A stretch of DNA of 64,000 nt from assembly GCA_965602015.1 (NCBI GenBank), contig OZ271918.1, positions 1,344,001-1,408,000 on the forward strand, read 5' to 3'. The stretch comes from Salinispira sp. GTDB lineage: Bacteria > Spirochaetota > Spirochaetia > DSM-27196 > Salinispiraceae. Of the stretch, positions 56,921 through 64,000 are shown piece after piece; the first letter of the stretch is position 1, and every line of letters starts with the position of its first letter. The notes under the pieces are model-generated. The model was given only the letters and a program-made list of their open reading frames with translations. It was not told the origin of the DNA and ran no database searches. Made by a program: the position numbers and the translations under genes.

Positions 56921-57834
56921 AAATCTCCGCCGGCCGGGGCAGGAAGGGGAATGGAATCCAGAACATCGGCATTCCCCATCAGATTGGCAAACAGCGGCGA
57001 AAGTCCGATGGGATCGCTGCCGGTTTCGCTGATAATACGTAGATAATCCAAGAGCATTGGATTTTCTTCAAGAATTTGCCCGAGCACCATGAGGCTCTCC
57101 CGCTGAACGGTATTTATCAGCTCAATTCGGGCCAGGCTGCCGAGCGCCCGCTCACGTGCAGCTGTTTCGGTGGAGAGCACATCGAGATACCGCTGGCGTG
57201 CAATGGCATAGAGCTCGAGGTCGGGAAAGACTGCGTTCTCCACATAGAGGAAGACAAACTCGATTCTGGGATATTCGCCGCTTAGGTGCTCCTGGAGCTG
57301 ATTCTGGATTGCGGGCAAGGGAAGGGCCATCGGGCCCGCTGCCAATTCGGAAGATCCGGCCAGCTGCGCAATGATTTCCGGCAGCGCAGAAGAAATACTG
57401 GCCCTTATCCGATCTTCCAGGATGTCGAGGTACCCACCCTGGGTTCTCGGACGCAGGCCGTCATGCTCCGCAAGATAGGGCAGATCTTCTCCGCGGATGG
57501 TAAATGCCAGACGGGAACCGAGTTCCCAACTAAAATCAGGATTGTCGGGTACGTAATCTGCATACAGATCGCTGCCCGGCAGGGAGGCGCTGAGCTGGAC
57601 CGAAATGCTTCGCTCTTCTAGGGTAAAATCATACCGGCGAAGGACTGTGGGAAAGATTCCCTGCCAGCGCCAGACGAATTGGCCGGGATAAACCGGCTCG
57701 GCTTCCCATCCATGGGTCTTGGTGAATATTACCCCGATTTCGCTGTCATCAATTTGAATCTGGATCCACCCGAGAAAAAACACCACCGCAGAAACGGTGA
57801 TAAGTATAAACATTGTGATGATAAAACCTTTCAT
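56917..57834 (-). CDS. Hypothetical membrane-anchored protein (SPFH-like N-terminus)
   Basis: N-terminal TM segment, GVIFTKTHG, PG.F.WRW. Confidence 0.55.
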   Translation of the reverse strand: MKGFIITMFILITVSAVVFFLGWIQIQIDDSEIGVIFTKTHGWEAEPVYPGQFVWRWQGIFPTVLRRYDFTLEERSISVQLSASLPGSDLYADYVPDNPDFSWELGSRLAFTIRGEDLPYLAEHDGLRPRTQGGYLDILEDRIRASISSALPEIIAQLAGSSELAAGPMALPLPAIQNQLQEHLSGEYPRIEFVFLYVENAVFPDLELYAIARQRYLDVLSTETAARERALGSLARIELINTVQRESLMVLGQILEENPMLLDYLRIISETGSDPIGLSPLFANLMGNADVLDSIPLPAPAGGDL

Positions 57835-57899
57835 AATTCGCCCTCAGCACATTACTTGCCCTTACCGAATATTAAAGCATATATTGGGGCCGGTAAACC

Positions 57900-58277
57900 A
57901 TGAAACAGATCCGGGAATACTCCCGCCTGAAAAAAAGTATAGCTCATCATTTCCTTCTCCGCTCGGTGCACCTGCTGGAGTCTTCCAGCATTTTTTTTCT
58001 CAGCATCAGTATTTTGGGATTTCTGCTCTATATTTTGGGTAACTTTCAATCATTTCTTGAAGAAACGCAGCTACGCATTCTGCTCATCGTTCAGATAACG
58101 GGAATAATCGGCTTTGTGGTTTCGCTGTACTATCTGGTTTTTCTCATTGTGTGGATCATCAGGCGCCGGCGGGTTCCCATGTCCCGGGTGGCTTTTTCCT
58201 TGCTTGCCCTGCTGATTAACGTGGCCCTCGCAGGGGGCTCTCTTCTCATTCAGGATCTCAGTCAGGGTTTTGGCTGA
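57900..58277 (+). CDS. Hypothetical membrane protein
   Basis: Three TM segments; GNFQSFL motif. Confidence 0.6.
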   Translation: MKQIREYSRLKKSIAHHFLLRSVHLLESSSIFFLSISILGFLLYILGNFQSFLEETQLRILLIVQITGIIGFVVSLYYLVFLIVWIIRRRRVPMSRVAFSLLALLINVALAGGSLLIQDLSQGFG

Positions 58278-58323
58278 CTCCTTGCCGATTAGCGCAACTT
58301 TTATCATATACTGGTATTGAGGA

Positions 58324-58734
58324 ATGTACATGAATACAGATAACCGGATTTGGAGCGTCCGCGGCGCCGTTCAACTGTCCGAACTCACCGGGGACCCCAC
58401 GGAGAAAGAGCGGGACATGATCGAGCGTGTCGGAGAGTTGCTTTTATCCGTTATGGAGCAAAACGGAATCGATGATAACAATGCGGTTCATATATATTTC
58501 AGTCAAACCGAGGACCTGGATTTTCTAAACGCCGCTACGGCAGCCCGCCGCAGTGTTGTAAAAGAGGCGGTTTCACAGATACCGCTTTTTTGCTCATTAG
58601 AACCCCGGTATCCCAACGCTCTGGCACGCACGGTCAGGCTTATGCTGACCTACTATCAGGATAAGGAACACAACCCGGCGCCTGTCTACCTTCATGGCGC
58701 GGAAATCCTGCGAAAGGACTTGTTCGATGGCTAA
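58324..58734 (+). CDS. aroH: Chorismate mutase, AroH class
   Basis: VRGA, FSQTEDL, AATAAR, PVYLHGAE.LRKD. Confidence 0.88.
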   Translation: MYMNTDNRIWSVRGAVQLSELTGDPTEKERDMIERVGELLLSVMEQNGIDDNNAVHIYFSQTEDLDFLNAATAARRSVVKEAVSQIPLFCSLEPRYPNALARTVRLMLTYYQDKEHNPAPVYLHGAEILRKDLFDG

Positions 58735-59521
58735 GGACAGTCCGGTTAAAGCTGAATTCCAGGTTCGGCATCTGGCAAGGACCGCGGAAATCCTCTATCA
58801 GCTCTTTCTGCAGATCAAAGATTTTATGGGGCCGGGAAAAACCGGCCTGCAGATTCAGCAATTTATTCTTAATGAGCTGGCGCAGACTTCTGCGAAACCG
58901 GCGTTACGGGGCTACCGGGGATTTCGTGCCGATGTATCTATCTCGGTAAATGAGGTCGCAGCCCACGGCATCCCTGATGAGAGAAAATTCAAGCCCGGTG
59001 ACCTGGTAACCGTCGATGTGGCCGTTTTGCATGATGGATGGTATGGCGACATGGCATGGACTTTTGGCATACCGCCCCTCAATGTAACCGAGCGCAGATT
59101 GATAAGAGCGGCATGGCAGGCCTGCATCACCGGATGCCTCGCTTTGAAACCCGGAACTCCCATGGGGACTTTGGGCTCTCATGTAATTTCATCGGCCCAG
59201 AGATTGGGGGGGCGGGTTGTCAATCAATTTTGCGGCCACAGCATAGGGCAGGAACTGCACGAGGCCCCGCTGATTCCCTATACCCAGAGGCCGGGATTCG
59301 GCTGGACGGTTCGCACCGGTATGGTTCTCAACATCGAGCCGGTGGTGACCCTGGGAGAACCCCAGGCCCAGCTCAACTACGATGGAATTAGTTACTCTAC
59401 CATAGACAAGATGCCCACCGCACAGTTCGAACTAACCTGTGCGGTAGGAGCCAACGGCATACGGATTTTGAGTCTGCCCGGGCTGCCGGTGAAAAACATG
59501 TTGGAATATCCGCCGTTTTAA
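58727..59521 (+). CDS. map: Methionine aminopeptidase (type I)
   Basis: SVNE..AHGIP, D...D, GHSIG..LHE.P, IEP, QFE. Confidence 0.85.
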   Translation: MAKDSPVKAEFQVRHLARTAEILYQLFLQIKDFMGPGKTGLQIQQFILNELAQTSAKPALRGYRGFRADVSISVNEVAAHGIPDERKFKPGDLVTVDVAVLHDGWYGDMAWTFGIPPLNVTERRLIRAAWQACITGCLALKPGTPMGTLGSHVISSAQRLGGRVVNQFCGHSIGQELHEAPLIPYTQRPGFGWTVRTGMVLNIEPVVTLGEPQAQLNYDGISYSTIDKMPTAQFELTCAVGANGIRILSLPGLPVKNMLEYPPF

Positions 59522-59536
59522 TTTCTCGCTGCAGTG

Positions 59537-59565
59537 TTGACAAAGTGATGCCTGTCCGGTATTTT
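59537..59565 (+). promoter_or_regulatory. sigma70 promoter of the tRNA-Thr/Tyr operon
   Basis: TTGACA-N17-TATTTT. Confidence 0.7.
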
Positions 59566-59593
59566 CTGACCCCATGGCAATTTTGTCATATTT

Positions 59594-59667
59594 GCCGACA
59601 TAGCTCAGCTGGCCAGAGCACGTGACTTGTAATCTCGGGGTCTTCGGTTCGAATCCGAATGTCGGCT
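59594..59667 (+). tRNA. tRNA-Thr (TGT)
   Basis: GCCGACA/TGTCGGC acceptor; CTTGTAA loop; GGTTCGAATCC. Confidence 0.93.
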
Positions 59668-59729
59668 TGTTTTACAACAGGATACTTGCACAATGCAAAA
59701 GCATGTGGTACAAAAACATCCTGTTTTAC

Positions 59730-59811
59730 GGGGAGTTTCCCGAGCGGTCAAAGGGGGCAGACTGTAAATCTGTTGGCTACGCCTTCGCAAGTTCGAATCT
59801 TGCACTCCCCA
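59730..59811 (+). tRNA. tRNA-Tyr (GTA)
   Basis: GGGGAGT/ACTCCCC acceptor; CTGTAAA loop; long variable arm. Confidence 0.95.
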
Positions 59812-59851
59812 AAAGGCTGTCTGAGATCTGATCTCGGACAGCCTTTTTTTT
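59811..59851 (+). terminator. Terminator after tRNA-Tyr
   Basis: AAAAGGCTGTCTGAGATC-T-GATCTCGGACAGCCTTTTTTTT. Confidence 0.9.
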
Positions 59852-59901
59852 CGCCTGCTGTGCGCCTACGATCCGGTCGCCGCACTGATGGAGGATTATC
59901 T

Positions 59902-60348
59902 ATGGCAAAGCAAGTCCCCTGGTACGAAAAAGGACTCAATTTTACCTGTACCCGATGCTCCCGTTGCTGCAGACATGATTCCGGGTATGTTTTCCTTTCC
60001 AAATCAGACGTGGCGCGCCTTGCCGGGCATTTCTCTCTGTCAGAGAAGGATTTCAAAACCACATACTGCGTCGAGGTGGATCTCTCCCTGGCGAAACGCA
60101 TAAGCATAAAAGAACAGGAAAATTTTGACTGTGTCTTTTGGAAGGACGGCGGCTGCTCGGTATACGAAGCCCGTCCCCTGCAATGCCGGGCATATCCCTT
60201 TTGGTCCCATAATCTGGATTCGCCGGACAGCTGGAAGGCGGTGCGAAGCGAATGCCCCGGTATCGACATCGGAACTCGGCATTCACGGGAAGATATCGAT
60301 TCCTGGCTCGACCTGAGGTCCCGCGAGCCCTTTACCGACGGCCGTTAA
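59902..60348 (+). CDS. YkgJ-family cysteine-cluster protein
   Basis: F.C.RCS.CC, C.VYEARPLQCRAYPFW, CPG. Confidence 0.88.
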   Translation: MAKQVPWYEKGLNFTCTRCSRCCRHDSGYVFLSKSDVARLAGHFSLSEKDFKTTYCVEVDLSLAKRISIKEQENFDCVFWKDGGCSVYEARPLQCRAYPFWSHNLDSPDSWKAVRSECPGIDIGTRHSREDIDSWLDLRSREPFTDGR

Positions 60349-60378
60349 TTTCCGAGAATAGATACCTGGAAGGTAAGG

Positions 60379-61338
60379 ATGAAAATTCGCATTTGGGGCG
60401 CCCGGGGGTCCCACCCTCAACCGATGACCCCCGACAGGTTCCGGGACCGGGTTAAAAATATTGTGCAGCGAATCGGCCCGGATGATATCGCCAGCAACGA
60501 AAACCGGGAACGATTTTTAGCGGCTCTGCCCGACTGGCTCTGGGCTATGCCCGGAGGAAACACTCCCTGTATCGAAGTGCGCTTCGATGACAACAGCTGC
60601 ATCATCCTCGATGCGGGCACGGGCATAATTCCTCTGTCACGGCAGCTGTTCGGGGAAGAAAACCCTCCGCGTTCTTTTCATCTGTTTTTTTCCCATTTTC
60701 ATTATGATCATATACAGGGGCTGCCGTTTTTTTCCCAGGCATATATCCCATCGAACAGCATGCATTTTTACAGTCCCGAAAGGGATGTTGAGTACGTGCT
60801 AAAAGAGCATATGCGTCACCCGTTTTTTCCCGTAACGATGGAAGAAAAAATGACACCCAATCAGTTTTTTCATTACTTACAAGAAGATGATAATGGTGAA
60901 CGCGGCGTAGTCATCGGTAATGCGCGAATTCAATGGCTCCCGATTAATCATCCGGGTAATGCCTATGCTTTTCGCATCAGCGAGGGGGAACGCAGCCTGA
61001 TTTACGCCACTGATTATGAAATCGGCAGGGCTGATTTTGAAAAAACCCCTGAACGGCGAAACTTCTTCCCCGGGACCGATGTTTTAATACTCGACACCAT
61101 GTATACCCTGGGTGAAGCGATTGAAAAATTCAACTGGGGGCATTCGAGCTTCAGCATGGGGGTGGACTTTGCCCACGAGTGGGATGCCAAAAGGCTTTTG
61201 CTCTTCCATCATGAACCCCAATACGGAGACCAAAGGCTGTACAGCAATCTGAGAAATGCCCGCTGGTACGCCCAAAGGCAGGGCTATGACACGCTGACGA
61301 TCGACATTGCCGAGGAAGGCATGGAGATCGAGTTATAG
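60379..61338 (+). CDS. MBL-fold metallo-hydrolase
   Basis: WGARGS, GGNTPC, LDAGTG, SHFHYDHIQG, WGHS, FHHEP. Confidence 0.88.
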   Translation: MKIRIWGARGSHPQPMTPDRFRDRVKNIVQRIGPDDIASNENRERFLAALPDWLWAMPGGNTPCIEVRFDDNSCIILDAGTGIIPLSRQLFGEENPPRSFHLFFSHFHYDHIQGLPFFSQAYIPSNSMHFYSPERDVEYVLKEHMRHPFFPVTMEEKMTPNQFFHYLQEDDNGERGVVIGNARIQWLPINHPGNAYAFRISEGERSLIYATDYEIGRADFEKTPERRNFFPGTDVLILDTMYTLGEAIEKFNWGHSSFSMGVDFAHEWDAKRLLLFHHEPQYGDQRLYSNLRNARWYAQRQGYDTLTIDIAEEGMEIEL

Positions 61339-61541
61339 TGATACGTCTGAATTTGAGCTCAAGAGAGCTGGTGGCCCTGTATCTTGAACTCTTGAATAAT
61401 CCCGATCAGGGCAACATGGACATTTTGATGCTCCAGGAGCGCATCAGCAGAAGACTCTGTGAAGCCCTGTCCATCGAACAATTTGAAAAGCTTGATTCCC
61501 TGTACGATAAGGGATATGAGTTTAATGAACTTCACCGCTGA
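61338..61541 (+). CDS. Small hypothetical protein
   Basis: 67 aa, coupled to the upstream stop. Confidence 0.55.
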   Translation: MIRLNLSSRELVALYLELLNNPDQGNMDILMLQERISRRLCEALSIEQFEKLDSLYDKGYEFNELHR

Positions 61542-61558
61542 AATGAGGAAGGTAGGTT

Positions 61559-64000
61559 ATGAAGAAAGTGAGTAAATCAGCAGCGTTGGCAGTATTGCTT
61601 TTTATTTTTGTTGGCTGGGGTGCCGCAGCTCAGGCTGATCCGGCTTCGGCGGAATTTAATTCAAGCACCCTGGACAGCACCGCAGGATTTGTGGCCGGCG
61701 CTCATACCAGATTTCCTTATTCGCTGCCGTCCTATCTGAAAATTAATCCCGCGCTGTTTAATACCCTCGGTGTCCCGGTGGTGGAAGGCTCATACAGCGG
61801 AATTATTGATTTTAATCAGGGCAGCTATAGCGGCCACCGGGCTTCGGCATGGGGAAATATACCGCTTCCCAGCGGTCAGTTTAATACAGGACTCGAATTT
61901 CAATACCTGAATACCAGCATGGCAGCCACGGGTACGGCAATGAGGTTTCACGCCGGATGGTCAAATACGTTTTTGGAAAGCTTCCTGTTGGGAATCGGAC
62001 TGGAAACCGGATTCACCTCGTCCAGCGGTTCGAGTGATTGGGCGCTTAATGCCAAACTCGGAGCCTCCCAGAATCTTGGGCTTGTGGGGCCGTTTCAGGA
62101 ATTTACCTGGCATGCCGCCCTTACCGGTCTGGGAAGAGAGATGCGAACCACTGCCGACACATTTTATCGCAGTCCGTTTACCCTCCGTGGGGGCGTGAGC
62201 GGCGCGGTGGGAATCTCAGACAACCTGGTTCTCTTTAACGCTGTGGACCTGGCATTACCCCAGTTCACCGATGTAATGCTCAACATACGATCCTCCCTGG
62301 TTTTTCGCAGCCGTTTGGCTCTTTCCCTGGCCTGGGGAATAGACTTTCGCCAGCAGCTCAGCGATTCGCTTCAGAACGCATCTCTTCTTCCCCGGGTTTC
62401 GTTTTCCTACAGTCTTTTTGATGTAGTGCACCCCGATATCGACACCACCCTTGCGCTGTACTCTCCTTATGCGAACCACCTGGGGTACTCGCTGGGAGTC
62501 GCCCTGCCGGTTCAGCGGGTCGACCGGGACGGTCCGGACATTGAAATCGAATTACCCGAGGTAATTCATCTCTCCCCGAATAACGACGGTCGTCAGGACA
62601 GCTGGGATGAACCGATCGCGGTAACTGACGGATCCGGAGTTTCCAAAATGACCCTTCGGCTTCTGCAGAATGGCAATGAGCAGTTCGCCCAGGTATGGGA
62701 GCTCGAGCCTGTTCGCCCTGAAGGCATTTACGGAATCGTGCGCGAGGTATTTCAGGGTGTGCAGTCGGTTGTGATACCCGAAAGCATTCTGATCAATGGT
62801 AAAAACAGCGAGGGTACAGTGCTGCCCGACGGCCGCTATTCTCTGGAAATCTCCGCCGTTGACGTGTTGGGAAACCGGAGCGTCATTACCCCCAGCGACA
62901 TAATTCTCGACAGCGCTGCGCCGGAGATTATCATCGGCGAGCTTTCGGTTGAGGACAAAATCTTCTCCCCCAATAACGACGGCAACAAGGATTTTATCAG
63001 GATACAACAGGAAGGAAGCAGCGAGGTTCTGTGGGAGCAAAAAGTCTTCGATTCACGAGGCGAGCTTCGCTGGAGCCGGGAGATTCAAAATGCTGCGCCG
63101 GATCAATTCGACTGGAACGGCCAGGATGACTCGGGTCAGCGATTACCCGACGGGGTATATCGCTATGAAATCAGCGCGCGGGATTTGGCGGGCAACAGCA
63201 ATGCGGCGGCGGTGGAAAATATAATAATCAACTCCGTTGTCTCTCCGGTGCGCATCGAAATAGCAAGCGCGCACTTCTCACCTAATGCTGATGGCGTGCA
63301 GGACAGCATCAATCTTCTGCCAAAACCCGAGAGCCGCAACGGCATTGAGCGATGGACCATCGAGATTCTCAACGACCGGGAGGCAAAGGTTACCGAGCTT
63401 TCCGGGACTGGAGCTCCCGGGGAAATCGTGGTGTTTTCCGGTCGAGATGCCGACGGGAATGTTCTGTCGGAAGGCCGCTACCGGGGCCGATTTATCCTTT
63501 ATTACTTTTCGGGTAACGAACCCCGGGCACTCAGCCCCTGGTTTACCCTCGATGTAACGGCTCCGGAAATAAGCGTCGAGCTGAACTCCGACCTCTTATC
63601 TCCGAACAACGATGACCGAAGCGATGATATCAGCATTTTTCAGGAAGGCTCACGGGAAAGTCTGTGGATAGCAGCGGTAATCGACGATCAGGGAAATGAG
63701 GTCCGGGATTATCAGTTCAGGGGCGTTCCGGAATTCGAACTGGTGTGGGACGGCAGGAATAACCAGGGAGACCTGGCCCCTGACGGCGGCTACCGCTATC
63801 GAATAAGCTCCACCGATGAAGCGGGCAACAGCACCGAAAGGATCAGCCAGGAATTTACCCTGGACACTTCGGATGCAGAAGTGCTGGTAAACGCCAGTCT
63901 TGATGCATTCAGCCCGAATGCCGATGGTGTTCGCGATCTTCAGGATTTTTCAACACGGGTGAACAACAACGATCAGGTAGCGAGTTATCGCTTCACCGTT
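61559..64000 (+). CDS. Large secreted/outer-membrane protein with repeated FlgD-Ig-like (SPNxDG) domains, 3'-partial
   Basis: Not in the ORF track because it has no stop in the window. MKKVSK signal peptide; repeated SPNNDG/SPNADG, WxG....G...PDG.Y.Y, D.AGN motifs in one frame. Confidence 0.8.
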   Translation, partial: MKKVSKSAALAVLLFIFVGWGAAAQADPASAEFNSSTLDSTAGFVAGAHTRFPYSLPSYLKINPALFNTLGVPVVEGSYSGIIDFNQGSYSGHRASAWGNIPLPSGQFNTGLEFQYLNTSMAATGTAMRFHAGWSNTFLESFLLGIGLETGFTSSSGSSDWALNAKLGASQNLGLVGPFQEFTWHAALTGLGREMRTTADTFYRSPFTLRGGVSGAVGISDNLVLFNAVDLALPQFTDVMLNIRSSLVFRSRLALSLAWGIDFRQQLSDSLQNASLLPRVSFSYSLFDVVHPDIDTTLALYSPYANHLGYSLGVALPVQRVDRDGPDIEIELPEVIHLSPNNDGRQDSWDEPIAVTDGSGVSKMTLRLLQNGNEQFAQVWELEPVRPEGIYGIVREVFQGVQSVVIPESILINGKNSEGTVLPDGRYSLEISAVDVLGNRSVITPSDIILDSAAPEIIIGELSVEDKIFSPNNDGNKDFIRIQQEGSSEVLWEQKVFDSRGELRWSREIQNAAPDQFDWNGQDDSGQRLPDGVYRYEISARDLAGNSNAAAVENIIINSVVSPVRIEIASAHFSPNADGVQDSINLLPKPESRNGIERWTIEILNDREAKVTELSGTGAPGEIVVFSGRDADGNVLSEGRYRGRFILYYFSGNEPRALSPWFTLDVTAPEISVELNSDLLSPNNDDRSDDISIFQEGSRESLWIAAVIDDQGNEVRDYQFRGVPEFELVWDGRNNQGDLAPDGGYRYRISSTDEAGNSTERISQEFTLDTSDAEVLVNASLDAFSPNADGVRDLQDFSTRVNNNDQVASYRFTV

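Noticed and set aside
59659..59901. N-terminal extension of the YkgJ-family ORF
   Set aside because: Overlaps tRNA-Tyr and its terminator; the true start is 59902 with a GGAGG SD.
1..64000. CRISPR array
   Set aside because: No regularly spaced short direct repeats with unique spacers, and no cas genes seen.

Overview
64-kb chromosomal segment of a spirochaete, probably a free-living Spirochaetaceae-like organism. The assignment rests on a FlaB periplasmic flagellin, CheX, a short P115-type SMC, and the coaD-rpmF-acpP-rnc and rpsP-rimM-trmD-rplS-FlhB-like-HD-GYP-YraN gene orders. Most of the window is housekeeping (clpB, argH, hisC, nucleoside/sugar ABC transporter, ffh, tRNAs fMet/Gly/Thr/Tyr, c-di-GMP genes). 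Two accessory features stand out. (1) A ~5.6-kb island at about 2.7-8.5 kb abuts the 3' end of tRNA-fMet. It is built from repeated modules: an orphan NlpC/P60-like peptidase C-terminal fragment starting at its DCxG motif, coupled to a secreted protein with a variable body and a near-identical SH3 tail. The modules are interleaved with toxin-antitoxin cassettes, and the island is best read as a candidate polymorphic cell-wall-toxin/immunity array. (2) An IS1/IS1595-like insertion sequence (48639-49890) and a 151-bp non-autonomous MITE (22746-22896) share the same terminal inverted repeats. Also notable are a receptor-less CheA-like/CheX/CheY operon and a recurrent leaderless-promoter architecture. 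All family assignments come from motif recognition by eye; no searches were run.
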